From Azolla caroliniana (Eukaryota; Plantae; Polypodiophyta), in assembly GCA_043228905.1 (NCBI GenBank), contig JBHGNT010000017.1, positions 310,001-374,000 on the forward strand: a DNA stretch of 64,000 nt. Reading direction: 5' to 3'. Numbering within the stretch: the first letter of the stretch is position 1; each line of letters starts with the position of its first letter. The position numbers and the translations under genes were made by a program. This document shows positions 12,300 through 27,300 of the stretch, one piece after another. Under the pieces are notes generated by a model. The model was not told the DNA's origin. It saw only the letters and a list, made by a program, of their open reading frames with translations, and searched no databases.

Positions 12300-13500
12300 C
12301 CTTTGTCATGGTTAGTACAAGGATGTTGAATGGTCCATTATTGTTTGTGATTGATTCTTGTTTTGATGCATAACCTAGAAAAATATTTGGGGATTCAATC
12401 TCCCATTGGTAAAACGATAAACACCCCAGGTATTGGTGGAAATCTTGCTCTTATTCTCGAAAGCTCTACCTAAGAATGGACTTGAATCCATGAAAGCGTG
12501 AAAGGTATCACCTTATAATTATGGTTGCACATTAAAGTTTATCAGTTTGTGCGTATTTCATGTATTAAGAGAGATGTCGATGATCTTGGATGGCATGGCC
12601 AATTATTGGCAGACCGAAAACTTTGACACTTAGGTGAAACTCTTGGTGTTGATATCTTCACCTTGTCAAACTTTGACATGTATATAGTATACAATCATAA
12701 ATAACTTTGTATATCAATCCTTATTGTGGTATGAGCAAAAATGGTTCATATGATTTATTGCCATTGTTATCACGATAAGGAAATCATTTGATTGATCAGA
12801 TCATCCATTAATGTCAACATACACACGAGAAGAAATAGTGAAGACTACACATGTATCAAGTTTCATGGAGTCATATATGCATCCCAATGTGCTTAGGGTG
12901 AGCATCCCTGATAAAATTGGAAGATTGGGTTGTTACTCAAAGATTTAACATCTAAAAAGATATGCACGTAGAAACACACTCAGGGGATAGCTAATACATT
13001 ACCTTTGTTATATAGCATGGGAGAATGAAGATTTCAACTTCATGGTGACATATTGCCAATAGTGTGCAATCATTTGCCGAGAATTCATTATAGGTCAACA
13101 TTGGTGACCACTTGTAAACAAAGTTTGAGATTGATTAGTGTAGACAACCTTAATAATTCTCTATACAAATAGGTAATGGCAATTGTGTCATCATGACTCT
13201 TGCATCAAGGTAGAAAAAGAATGTCTCAAGTTTGACTTGAATCATATGGCAAATGTGGTCTTAGTAATTGTGCAAAATGTAATTCTAGTGACTTGTAGAC
13301 TAACCATGGGCTTTATGATAGTGCAATGCTAGACATAGATGTGTTACATTGCCCAATTGCTAAATCCAATAGGGCATAATTAACAACGAACCTTTTGTCA
13401 CCCTTTCAATGGGTTTTTACTTAGGGAGCTCTTTGCCCAACCATCATGTAAGGATGCTACTAAGTATCGGGGTCCATGGTACAATTAGAGTCAGTAAAAT
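12300..13500 (-). mobile_element. Possible very old gypsy pol (RT/RNaseH/integrase) remnant
   Basis: Only faint fragmentary similarity in minus frames (e.g. ...TLLAICH resembling RNaseH ELLAIV, and an SPF-like integrase motif). No ORF; boundaries are approximate. Confidence 0.25.
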
Positions 13501-14110
13501 AAGTTGTTTGGTGTTCTCCATGGACTAGCCACAATAGATGTACAAGCATGAAGGAAATTTGATTTGGGAGTTTTTGGAAAGATGCCCATGGAAACACCAT
13601 GTCCACATAAGAGTTGTTGTCTTCATGTCACTTAACCTTAAACCTTATCATAGGGTTTTTGTTGCAGCCACGTATGTGTTGTTTTACTTGTACGATACTG
13701 GCTGCATTAATAAATCCACTTTCTCAAGAGATATGAGAGAGAGAGAGAGATTCCACTATCCATGTATTGTAGTTAGTGGGTACCATACTCCATTGTGACA
13801 CCCATTGTAAGTAGTGTTTTTCACACCCTTTTATTAATATAATTGTGCGTTTTCACCGAGAGAGAGAGAAGAAGGGTAGAGCTTATAAAAAAAAAAGATG
13901 GTTAAAATGCATGGGCCTCACTATCGATAAACCCTTCACAAAAGTGGAGAGAGAGACGAGAGAGAGAGTGAGGGTTAGGGATACATATGTATATGATATA
14001 TATATATGATATATCATATATGTATGTTTGTGTTTGTATACAGGGATAGACAGAGACAGACAGACAGACACAGACTTCCCGTTGAAGGAATATTGTGAAG
14101 CTTAGCAGCC

Positions 14111-17100
14111 ATGGTGGTATCTTGCGGGGAGCTCCGTATCTCTGCAACAACAGAAGCAGTACCGGAAGGTTCCCAAGAAGATAATGTCCAAGGAAGAGAA
14201 GGAACAGACATACGTGATGAAACACAGGAACATGAAGAATGTAAATCAAAAGAAGACGCTGAAGACCTGATTAAGGATGTAGCAATAGTACTCCCATCTC
14301 CATCTCTGATTCACGACCTTTCTCCTGCCGAATTGATCGTCAAAGGTCGGGCTCCTGTAAAGAAGGCTTTCCTACGAGCACCCTCGGCTCGTGTACTCCT
14401 AGAAGCTGACCCTAGTGCTACACCTACAACAGCAGACGTAGTTGTTGTCAATGATCCTGTAAGTACAGGCTTGGATCAAAATGAAGCAAAATCTTCCAAA
14501 GTCTCTGCTGTGAAGAAATCAAAACGGCAACAGAAGAGAGACCGACAGCAGGTGTGCATGGCATTACATTCAAAAAATTCCATTCTGTCTCTTGCTTTGG
14601 TTTTCATGATACATATGATGCTGTTGTTCAAAATGGTTTAAACAAGTTCCAACTGGAATACCATCAGAAAATTTAGACCTTCCTCTAGCATAAATTTATT
14701 GGCCATTAGCAAATTATTGAAATGTGAGCAGTTTTCTCATGCATTGATTTTTATGGTCGTCAAGTTGTGTCTCAAAGTGTTTTACAAAGATCTGACCAGA
14801 AAGCTGATAGAATATATAGACCTTATTTTGGCATAATATAGTTGCCACTGGAAAATCATTTGAATTGAGGCTTTTACCACTTCATTTGATCTTATCTGGT
14901 TTTCAAATACTTTTAGCAAATGATGAAAGATAAAAGTGATAGCAAAGTCAGACCTCATTCTAGCATAACGCTCAGTGGGCAATGTAATGGAGTGTCCATT
15001 GGTAATTTACATGATTTCTTGCTTTGGTTTTTATGGTTGATGTGCTGTTTTTGAGAAGTTGTAACTAGTGAATTCAAACACCAATTGCAAAATGAGAATT
15101 GAGACTAATATTGTACCCATTGGCAATTTTTTGAAACACGAGGGAATTCATATCTGGTTTAGTTTACCTCTCAATTTGGCTTATATTGTCATTATGTTGC
15201 TCCAAAACAGTTTAGCAAGTGCCAACTGAAAATGTCATTACAAAAATAGATATCTTTTTATAATAATATTCTGAATTATTTTTTATATGTTAGCATTTTA
15301 CATTTTGGATTGGTGGTTATGCTCAATATGGGTTCTGAAAACGTCTTAGCAATTAAGTGAATTGAATAACCTATGAGACCTCATATTTCAACTGTTGCGT
15401 TGAGTTTTAATAAGTATGATTGAAAAGGTAATGGTGGCATTGGACCTCATTCGAGTACATTATACTGGCCATTCCTAATTTACTGAAATTTGAGACAGTT
15501 AGCTTATTATAACATGCTAGAATAACTCGCTGGAGAGCCACGCATGTAGCGTAGTAAGAACATTTAATTGGCAGATTATTGTAGATCAGAACTCATGTGT
15601 TCCAGATTTTTTAATTGAAAAGTTATTTATATCTTTTTGAAGCTCTTTATTATTGATTAAAACAATTTTTGGTGCTGCCATCTAGGCCAAGAAAACAGCA
15701 GAGAGCATATGTCATGCAGTTGCGAAGACAAATGATGTAAATGCTTGTCCATATGGAACAGAGTGCCGTTTTAATCATGACTTGGATGCTTTTTTAGCAC
15801 AGGTATCCTTTTGTTCTTGATCTTGAGATGCTCTAGAATGCGTTTTAGGCTTGTTTCTGTGCAATGCTTCATTTTTGAAACTAAGAGTAAACATGTAATT
15901 GTTCATGCACATCCCCATCTTATCATCACTGCCTAAATTTTATTAATAGTACATGTCGCTTGTTATTGATCTGTAGAGTCGTAGTCAGAAAACTAATAAA
16001 ATCTGGATAGAGTCATTATTTTAGTCCAAATAGAATTACAATGTTACAGTTTGAGAATAATGGAGCATGATCTCTTACCTAATATTTTCTGAATAGCTTG
16101 CTCACTCAAACGTTTGTAATGCAACAAATTTCAGTAATAAATAGATATGAAATAGAAAGTTTCTTTCAAGTAAATAAATGCATCATCAAACTAAAACTGG
16201 GTTTGTGCAGAAATCACCCGATCTGCCTGGTGAATGTCCTTTTATGGCAATCAACAGGCCTTGTATATATGGTGCAGCATGCAGATTTGCGGGTTCCCAT
16301 GTATTGCAGAAGAACAATAATTCTGAGATACTGGAAGATGACAATCCTAATGAGCTTAATGCTCTCAAGAAAGGCTTCCAAAAGATGTTGTGGAAAAATC
16401 TGGTTTCTTTCCCGAGAGCAGAGGCACAATTGCAATTGCTTGGCATTTTGGTAAGACTTTTCCATAACTTATTGAAACATCCTGTTATTATTAGAAAGAA
16501 GTATAATGCATGCACATCATTTGCCTATGTGGAGTATTAGTTTTATAATTTATGAACATATTAATTATGTGCATACACAAACTAATCAAATTTCATTGTT
16601 GAACTGGTGTTCATTTGACTCCGAAGAAGGTAAGAGAGAATCTTCATAATTCAAGATTAGTAAGCAAAATGCCTTGGATTAATAATTGTCCAATTAAAGT
16701 TGTGTTCAGACATGGGAGGTATTAGTGGGAGGGATTCAACTCCAAAGATTCACAACCATGTGCATGTGCATGTGCTTCACCTTCTTTTTCCAATTGTTGA
16801 ACCGTCAAGTTTTTCTCTAGGATTCCCTCAAATAGCACAGAAATTGTGTTTGTTTACTGCACCTTTAGTATGTAATCAACAATCTCTTGATGTCCAGTCC
16901 ACACAATTGCAATGCCAGTGATCTGATCTCAATAAATGGGAGCATATGTGTATTGATTTGTAAAACGTAACTCTTTGACTGTAGAGGTACTACCACCATA
17001 TACATCAACTACATATTCAAGCTTCTGTTTTGCAAAAGTGTCAAAGAGGCATTTCTTGACTCCAGACGTTTATTTCTCTTGTATTGCTCCCTAGCTGGAT

Positions 17101-20100
17101 TTCGGGTGACACATCACAACTTGTTTCCACTGCGCATATAAATAGCTTTCCCATGGACCTTATCTCATGAAGTCTCTCATAGGTCTTTGCTTGAAGTACT
17201 ACAAATATAAAATTGTGTGACAGAATGTAAATAAAAAGAGCTACCATAGTAGTAAATAAGACTATCAAAGGATCCTTATACTATAAGAAACATCATCCTA
17301 GAGCATCCCAAACTATCCATGTGGTCATCCTCCTAAAATATTATTATAGAACTTTGTAGCCTGATGGATATCATTATGAGAAGAGGTGAATGATGATTAT
17401 GATATATTAACGCAACGTGACCCATGAGGCTAACAATTGTTACAAAGCACTCTCCCTAGTTGTGTAATTGTATGAGAAAGAGAGTAATAAATCTAGGTTT
17501 TAATGATTTGAAGGGAAAATCAAAGCAACGGGCATCAGAGAAATCCTCTTCTACAGTTCAAAGTCATGATACACCCTCACCATTGAATGTAGACAGGAAT
17601 TCTAAGGCTGAAGATTTACAGATTGTTCATTCAGCAGTGTTGGAGCAGTCTGTTAGTGATACATCAAATGAAGAAGATCTGCGAGCTTCAAAGAAGCCAA
17701 GAACTTACATTGAACAAGATATCCTATCTTCAGATGCGGTCAAGGAGTTTACTGACAGCAGTATGATAGCCAATGACAAGCCCCCTTCTAAGGGAACCCA
17801 GGAGGCTGATGATTTTATTGAATGCAAACTCGGAATGAGGGAAAAGAAACTTATTGATTTCCGAGGGAAAGTTTATGTTGCACCTTTGACAACTGTTGGG
17901 AACTTGCCATTTCGGAGAGTTTGCAAGCTGCTAGGAGCTGATATCACATGTGGTGAAATGGCCATGTGTACTAATCTGTTGCAGGTAGGCACTTAATCTT
18001 ACTGAATTTCTAATTAGCACTGTTTGTAGATAATATTAAGATCTCTGGTCATTGTTTGTACAGGGTCAGGCTTCAGAGTGGGCTTTAATGAGGCGGCATC
18101 GTAGTGAAGATGTTTTTGGAGTTCAAATATGTGCAGCCTACCCAGATACAGCAGCACGTGCTGCAGAGATGATTGATAAGGAATCCGAGATTGATTTCAT
18201 AGATCTAAATGTAGGCTGTCCCATTGACTTGGTTGTGAATAAGGGAGCTGGATCATGCCTTCTTACAAAGCCATCAAGACTTCAACAGATCGTGAAGGCT
18301 GCATCTGGTTCTATTGAGTGCCAACTTACTGTGAAGGTTAGCATTTTATTTCTTTCCAATGTTGCAGATTATTACGTGAGAAATTGATTTGAAGGAACAT
18401 TAGGAACATTAATAATGTTTCTGAAGATTTTATATCAGTATTCTTTATACTAGGTACGCACAGGCTACTTTGAAGGAAAAAACTGTGTTCAGTCTTTCAT
18501 TGGAGATGTTCACAATTGGGGAGCTAGTGCTTTGACAATCCATGGCAGGACACGCCAACAGCGATATAGCAAGCTTGCAGATTGGGATTATATTTATAAA
18601 AGCTGCAATCTTGCATCCGATGGTCTGCAGGTTATTGGAAATGGTGATATCTTTTCATACACCGATTGGAATGAACATTTAAGTGCATCAAAACTCTCAA
18701 GTTGCATGGTTGCCAGGGGTGTTCTGATCAAGGTAGGCTGCAATTAATATGAATTCCAGATTTTATGAATGTAATACATATGAATTCCAGATTTTGTGAA
18801 AGTGATATAGCTTTGTCTAACAGAAAAATGTGTTGTAGCCATGGTTGCTCACAGAAATTAAGGAGCAACGACACTGGGACATAACGTCAAACCAGAGGTT
18901 GGATATATTGAAGGATTATGTGCGATTTGGTCTGGAACATTGGGGTTCTGATGGTAAAGGTGAGCATAGGAAGTTGCAATAAATAGCTATTTTAGATGTA
19001 AAGTAATATTTATATGTACAAACTAACGAACCCATAAAACGGGATAGATTATTGATGAGAGAGAGAGGTTACACGTGTAGGTCATAGAATCCTCTTCATA
19101 TTTCGATTTTATGGTTCTCCAAAAGGAGACTTACGAAATAAAAAAGGCTTTCAAACAGCAGCCCAACACAACGAAGTGAGCGAAAGCACTTTTACTACAA
19201 AACTGCTATTTGAGCCAAGAAATCCTGGCATACATGCCTGGGAACAGTTCTTCTCCTTGCATTGTACTTACAACCATTGAATAAACATGGTTGACACACA
19301 TGGTCTAGACTCTATACTTTGCTATTAGCTAATGTTGCAGCTTCTCAAACATTTAACGAATTCACACCATACATTGTGGATAAGATCTATCACATCACTG
19401 CACAAGGCATCCAACCTGAAGGGTTTCCCTTTAGCATTCTCACTTCTGTGAGATATGGGTAATGGGAATATCAGCAAATAATCTTTACCTGTATTCAACC
19501 ATTCTCTAGAAATGTCTGCTTGTAGTGCTATGCTTGGCTTCAATTGTTTAATATAGAATATTACCTGCTGACAGCTTTTAATGCCATAATTCTGAAACCT
19601 TGTCATGTGTCCGTTGGACAAAATTTACATTTGCCTTTTTAACATCTCCAAGACTTTGTTCAATTTAGATAATAGCATTTGTATCGAGTTCATTCTTGTT
19701 CTTTGAAACATGATTGGAATATAGAATTCACATCTTGATTCCCAGTATCCATAACCAGTGAATATTTCTGCTCTTGTGCAGGTGTTGAAACAACAAGGCA
19801 TTTCTTGCTGGAATGGTTGAGCTACATGCATCGCTATATACCCGTAGGTTTGTTGGAAGTGATACCGCAGAAATTAAACTGGAGACCTCCACTGTATTAC
19901 GGTCGTGATGAGCTTGAGTCAATGATGGCATCTGACAGTGCTGCAGATTGGGTAAGGCAATGTGAACTAAAGTTTCTCTCACAATTCTAATTGTCTTTAG
20001 AATCTCTGTGAAAACTAGCCTTGCAATTTCATCTCAGGTTCGAATTTCAGAGATGCTTCTTGGCCCTGCACCTGCAAATTTCAGCTTCACACCCCGTCAC

Positions 20101-20136
20101 AAGTCAAATGCCTATGATAGGGCTGAAAACGGTTGA
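14111..20136 (+). CDS. DUS3: tRNA-dihydrouridine(47) synthase [NAD(P)+]-like, with CCCH zinc fingers and a Dus domain, ~736 aa
   Basis: Exons 14111-14551, 15686-15802, 16211-16450, 17514-17984, 18064-18336, 18454-18732, 18839-18959, 19782-19951, 20038-20136; all GT-AG and phase-consistent. Motifs [61 protein letters not shown]. Confidence 0.95.
16720..17198 (-). pseudogene. Unidentified protein-coding relic antisense within DUS3 intron 3
   Basis: One minus frame starting at a ttgtag acceptor (17198) reads [31 protein letters not shown]...[17 protein letters not shown] for at least 112 codons with 4 stops and no frameshift. Family not recognised. Confidence 0.35.
19325..19621 (-). mobile_element. 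LINE ORF2 fragment (end of endonuclease / PFRF-W region) in DUS3 intron 7
   Basis: '[11 protein letters not shown]...[22 protein letters not shown]' resembles the SDHxPI...PFRF...W...I...W stretch of L1-clade ORF2. Confidence 0.4.
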
Positions 20137-21348
20137 GGGATCGAATTTTCATATAGGGTGGTCACATAGAACTGATCGAAATATTTAATTAGACTGAGCA
20201 GAACCATAATAACAATTTATGACTTACAATAATAATTATTCCTCTGTTACTGTTTCTGCTACTTTGGATAAGATAATGCCTCGTTTCTCGATTTTCTATG
20301 CAATTAGGTCAATGTAGAATTCTCCATATGTTCTATGTTTTACATTTCTTTCTTTTATTTTTATTTCAATATGGTGATAAATTCAATTGATCCATATGCC
20401 GATTTCTGGCCTCTAGTTGTGAAACTAATATACCTTCCTTTGTCTCTCTATTACAGTGTAGAGTTTCTTTTGTATCCTTTCGTTGACATTAGGCTCAAAT
20501 CTATTCTTCTTCAATCTATGGAATGTGTTACAATTCGCCCTCATCAGTCTAGGTGTTGAATTTCTTCCTCATTTGTTTGGGTGACCCACCTTTCCTTGGT
20601 TTGGTTACTTCTCTACATCACTTCCAAAGAAGCTTAATACAAATTATATCCCACTATACACATTGCATTGCATAACTCGGACTAATGCCTTAATAATGAC
20701 AAACATATTTCATTGATAATGACAGAAACATGAGATAAGCAATGAAACATACAAAACAGAATGTATCATATCAGGTTTCTAAATTTGGAACACGCTTTAA
20801 GATGGTAACTTCTAAGATAATGAATGCCAGCAGACCTATATCTATATTCCTAATGAGTATGCTGACTGCTACCTATATAAATTGTATTGAATAAATATAT
20901 GATATTCATGTATTCGAACAAGTTTTACTTATAAAAACAAAATCATGAAAATTCTATTTAGGTTGAACATTTAGAAACCGCTGTAATATTACTTGCAACT
21001 ATGCTATCAAAATTCAGGATTAGTTGATGCTGAGAAACATAATTCCTCATGACAGTATCCAGTTACGTCCATCCATTGCACCATAATATCTCAACTTATA
21101 AATTCAAGTGCTCAGAATGGGCAAAGACATGAACTGCCATAATCAAGCTCTCTATCTGAGTAGAAGAATAGATACGTAACATTGGAGGTCATCTGCTAGC
21201 CCGTCATCCAACATTTCCCAGCACCAGGGCATTTCTTTCACGCAGATAATTAGGCATTATTCTGGTATTTGCATTTATTTCGTGAAGACCATTTGGAAAG
21301 TGCCCAAGATAACCAGCATCTACATTGCTGATGATATTGATCCATTTA

Positions 21349-24300
21349 TCAAAGCATCCGTGCCACTCTTTCATAAAGATCATTGGGCAAACCCTTTGGC
21401 AATGCATTTGCAATAAAACTAGCTATCTGCAAGAGCAAACAGACATCAATATTAGCATATGTATACTAAAAATAATAGAGTGCACACAGGAGAGCCATCG
21501 ATCATAATTTAACTTTCGTAATTAATGCATTACTATTTACAAAACGGAAGAGGAAGAGGGGGAGACAGAGAGAGAGATGGTGATGATGATGATGACAACG
21601 ACGACGAAGATGATGATATATTACGGGGGGTGAACCTCACGAGTGTATGTTAAAATGTTCTTTGATAAGGACCACGCAGTGTTGATATGCAAATGTATAC
21701 ATTAAGGGCACCATGGAGGGAGCAAGAGAGAGAGAGAGAGAGAGAGAGGAAACCTCTCATTAGTAAATATCCTATTTGCATTTCATTTGTAGGAGACGAT
21801 AGAATTTAGTACATGAAAAATCTCAAATCAGAAAAGACTGTCTACTAACCTTTCCTCTCATTCTCCGTACACTGCCATCAATATCAGGAATGTTATCTAG
21901 GCAAGAGAGAGCAACCTTCAAAAGTTCTGGAATGCAAGATTTGACACTTGGTTGAACATTCTGTAGAGAATCAGTGCCAAGGTCATATTTCCAACTATCT
22001 AATGGTAGAAATGACAACTTTGGTAGTTCAGCTAGAGCGTCACTATATTTGCCATTTCTTGCAAGTTTATGAAATGTCAATATAGTTTCCAATTGCCTCA
22101 ATGCAGCCTGCCTTTCAGCAATCATTTCTCGGTCCTGCATGCTGCCATGTATAAAACAAACAATAAATGCCTTTTATGAACCAGAAACCAAATTCTACAA
22201 TAAACGAGCAATCAGTATCAATGATACACCAATAATACCCTCCAATAAACAACATAAGCTTTCTTTCTAGTTTTTAGAATAAACTACATGCAGCACATGT
22301 ATTTGTGAAAATATAGGCTTATTAAATGTAATTAGCAAGTACAAGTATGAGTTTAATTTGATATGACCCCAACATTAATTTATAGGAAAAAAGGGGACAC
22401 ATTTATATAAGAAAACAAACAGTCATGATCCACATAGTAGTAGCACACCTTCGTAAGACTGATGAGATATTAAATGTGAGCTGGGGAAAATGGGGGAGAA
22501 AATAAAAACATGAATACACACAAGAAAGCTAGTACAAGTTGAACAAAAGGTCATTCGGTTCATCTTATCATATGTTCGAGGATGACATTCCTCATCTTAC
22601 CATCAGTTCCAGAATGACTTATACAAAGAACTGTATAAAAAAATTTATGGGCAGACTAGACCATAATGAAGATTAGAAAAATCAAACAGAAAATAATTTT
22701 AATGGAACACCACTTCATTAAAGAATATTGGTATGGCAGAAACAGCAACCCAAAAACAAGATCATACAAAACCATAAAGAATCAAATATACTCAAGCTAT
22801 TTGCAAAACTTAAGACCTGACAAACCTGGTAACACCAAGAACTTTGGTTGCTTCAATGATACTATTCCCAGCTAAAATAAGCCCTGCCGCTTTGGTTTCT
22901 CCATCCATCCTGCCTTTACTAACAGAATTTACTGCATCAGAAAGACGGTTATTAACAATTTCCAACGCTGCAGCAAATGCACCAACACGTTTCAACAACT
23001 CGATAGCCTGCGATGAAGAATATTCCAATACTAAGAGATACATCTATTAATAAGTAGATACAGACGTAGGGGATTAAGGATTATAACCTTGTCAAATATG
23101 CCAGATTCTTGACATTGAGATGCAACTTCAAGCAAGAAATGACATTGTGATTCATGATCTGATACAAATCTTTTTAAGGCACCTTCTGAACCTGTGCCAA
23201 ACGGTCCAAGAAGAAGCTGTACTCCTCCATCGCTTAGCAGAATTTCAGATAGCAGTTGTTTCAGCATCATTTGCCGCTGTCGTGCGAGATCAACACTTAC
23301 ATGCGCACCCCATGATGCTGCACCACCACCCATTGCTGCCGCTGCCTGAACATAGTATTCAAGTGCAAGCGCTAAATTTCGTTGACGCTTGTAAGCCAAT
23401 CCATAATATCGGATAATCCCAGCAATTTCTGTGACAGTATCCATTGATCCCAGCTTACATGCCCTGTTGATTCCTTTGTCAAGAAGAACCCCATTATCAG
23501 CTATAGCTATAGCCATATGAACAGCATCTATATTGTCACTTCCTGGTTCATTTACCAAGTAAGAAATAGCCGCATGCAACTGAAGACTAAGAAGCAGTAC
23601 ATATGGATAAACTAGAGGATCTTTGCCATTCCTTGTATAGTATGATGGCTCAAATTTAAGTAAATATGCTTGAAGGTCTTCAATAGTATAAGACTGCATC
23701 CCAACATTCATGCCTGGTAAAGAACTCTGATTATCATCTTTTGCCACTGCAAGGTTGAACCACAAAAAGTCTTCAATTGTGTTGAACAATGTGGGTATCT
23801 CTCTTAAAAGCTTGTCCATCAACTGCCTACTCCCAGAAACAATTGCATAAACTAAAAGTTTATACTTGTCAGTGCCAACTCTCCCAGGTCTGTCAACAGT
23901 CCTCATCATGCGCTCACATTCTTCTGTTGCTGCTGCTGCAGTTGACTCATTTACTAAACCTCGAGTGGATATCCATTCTATCAACTGAAAACCATAACAG
24001 ATTAATTAGTAATCACAAGGTAGTATGACACCCCACTTGTCTATTAAAATGCATCACTGTGACACATGTGCAGAGCTTATTTTGCATTAAGTCAGAACTT
24101 TGAGAAACCTGAATCAACAAACAGAAACAATCCATGCAAATCAAAAGTGGAAAAGCCCAGTAGACAGCATAAAGACCAATGAGAATGAAGATAATGAGTA
24201 TTGAGATAAGTAATTACGAGGTGATATGCAAAGAAATTGTAGGAGAATTGTTTACGATGAAAATCAATGCACCAATCTAAGTAAGACAAACCTAACTCGA

Positions 24301-27300
24301 TTCGAAAAAGGAAAAATAGTTCCCAGTATCTTCATTTCATCTCTCATGCATTTCCCATAACATCGCTAGAGAAAATAAATAAACAAAAGTTGACCTCCTA
24401 ACCAACAAAACATTTCTGTGGGTCCACAAAATTAACAACCCCATTGCAAGTTTAATGCAGAAAATGTTTGCTTTATGTCTATACACAGAATTAAAATGAA
24501 GTTATTCCATAACATCCAGATTTTTAAAAAGCTAAGATTGCAACTTTTATATCATTCGGGTCAAAAGTAAAGCCAGACCTGCGATGCAAAGGCCCTACTA
24601 ACTCTTGATGATTCAGCAACTTCTTTGGCTTCCTCATAATACCCAGTTCGTAAGCAAAAAAATATCTGTTCAAATGCATGTAAACGTTTAGTGAATTTAC
24701 CTCAAGAATTATATAAAACATCTCAACAGAATGACAATAACATAGAATGTACTATAATAAGACAAAATAAATAGCTTACAAAATTACAAGATGAAAAACA
24801 AGAAATTGTATTAAAATCAGAGAATATAAGATGAAATAGTGCAATGGAGGATGGCCTTGAATACAACATTCCAAACAAGCTTATCAAAAATATGTGTGTA
24901 TGCGTGCTTGTAGAGTGGTACAGCATAACGACACCTGAATGAAAGGGTTGAGAACTACATATTGAACACAAATTAACTGTGCGAGAATTCACTAATGAAA
25001 TGAAGAGAGAAGTTGGGCAGACATTGTAATCAGAACCTTCCCGTTACACACACGTAATAAAACAATAATTTCAAGAAAGAAACTACTGTGCTGCATTGCA
25101 ACACTATCAATATTTGTTGTAGCATTCCAGTAATCAGTTTCAATACTGATAAATTTTCAGTCTTGAATACCTGATGCCAAGTAGTATCAAATGGTGGCTG
25201 TCGCCTCAGTTGCTGCACATCAAAATCAAGCAAGCCATGATCTCTCAAGCGCACCTGTAGTACAAGAATTCAATTTAATTATCAAAAAAAAAAGTGCTAG
25301 TCTCTAGCAGCAAAGAGATTGTACATAAACGAGGCAGATCTAAAAGAATAAGTTCCTACCCTCAAAAACGCATGAACAAGTTGAAGGTTTCCTGTTGAGC
25401 CTCCGAGTGCAGCCTGCACTATACAGTATTCCAGCAGTGTGTATTGAAATGTTATTTTAACTACAGTTTTATCTCTATTAGAAATTAACCTGTGCTGGAT
25501 GATTTTGTATTGTATCACGAATGTATTTTTCATGACCTTCTTCAAGATGATGTCGAGCACCAATTATCAGCTGCATTTTTCTTGTCATACCGCCAGAAGT
25601 ATCAGAAATTTCTGACAGTAAGCACTGAAATTGCAAAGAGAGACTAATATTAAAATAGAACACAAAGCGCCAATTGAAATGAAAGAAAAAAATGCAATTA
25701 TACAATGACCACAAGTTAGCATAAATGATCTGACCTGAATGAGTTGCCATACTTTCCGCATAGTAACCGACTTCAACCCATGTATGTCCTCTGCTACAGT
25801 TTCGCAAGCTTCTTTAAATTCAGCTGCAGCCTATATACCATTTCTATGTTATGCGAATTTTTGAAGTAACACAGAATACAATAAAGTTCATTGGTAAAAC
25901 ATAAGATTAGAACAGGAACTTTAAAAAAACAGTGGCACAATGTCTCCATTTTAAACAAAATTAATTCCAATCAGACATTTTAAAACATCTCCTAAGAATC
26001 AACACCTTGAATACATTCTTCAGCCAGAATTTCTAATGTATAGATATGCATGTGTTTAGAGGACTTACCAACCAATATCACAATCATATTCAGAAGAATC
26101 AACCCGCAATTGAACTTATGAATTTCTGATGTATGGATATGCATGTTCTTAGGAGACTTATAAAACCCCAAAAACAGAAGTGCAAAAGAGATGCTGTATT
26201 TAGCTTGGAGAAAATGTATTTAGACCAAGAGACATGTAACCCAAAGAATCAACCAGCAATCTGAAATTATGAATATGATATGTAAAGGAAAAAGCCCAAA
26301 AAACAGAAGTGTAAAAGAGGTACTGTATTTGGCTTGGGGAAAATGTATTCCGACCCAACACGTATCATATATCATTGTCCAAGACATGTACCCAAGAAAG
26401 GAGTGAACAACCAAGTTTCAAATGGAAACTTTCCATCTCTTCTTCAGTTCATAGGTGAACAGGGAGATACTATGCACCTGCTTGTGTGGACCATGTGGAT
26501 AATTGTAGTAGCAAATAGCACCCAGATAAACTTCTATACACATGTCTTACAGCAAAACCACAATATCAGGCTCTTAAAATCTAGAATTCTTATATTATGG
26601 TCACAGCCACTAATTCTTTTTTACAATTCAAAGCCACTGGTCCTATATTGATTATGACCATAACAAAGATCAATTTGTTCATGATTGTTATTGATAAAAA
26701 AAAGCCAGTATAACAATGATTGAATTCATATGCAAAAGATACACCCACCATTATTGTCATCAGTGAGAGATACAAGTGCATGATGCAATCAGGAACAGTG
26801 CAAATTTGATGTGCTACTAACACAAGTTTGCCCGTTAGAAAATTAAACCACGTGAAAGGTTCCAGGGCCAGGGTTTGATTTTTATTATTTACTTCAATTT
26901 GCACAATGTTCCAATTCAAAATAATGATTGTGATAATGGAGCTGCAATCATATGTATATTAAGGAACAAAACTTCAAATTTTCGGAGTCAAAAGCCACAC
27001 ATCTTCACTAGCTCAGATAATGTCAAGTATATCATAGGCTAATTACAACACACCCAGCAATAGGACAGAGCAAAAACTACTATATAAATTGAAGAAATAG
27101 CAGAAAATAAACAGCTAAAAGTAGTTCTTATTTTTGAATAAGAACTCATTAAGCAAACATACTTTTTCAAGAAAAAAAACTCACATTGAAAGGTATCCCA
27201 CGTTCCCGTGATTCATTCAGCTTTACAACAACTCCAGCATATGCTGCAGCCTTTCTTTCTTGGTACGTGTTCTGCACAGATTCATTAATCTGCATATCTT

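Noticed and set aside
21555-21748. ~150-bp segment between GA tracts in the last NUP93 intron
   Set aside because: Fits the GA-flanked pattern but has no second copy in the window and no recognisable element features.
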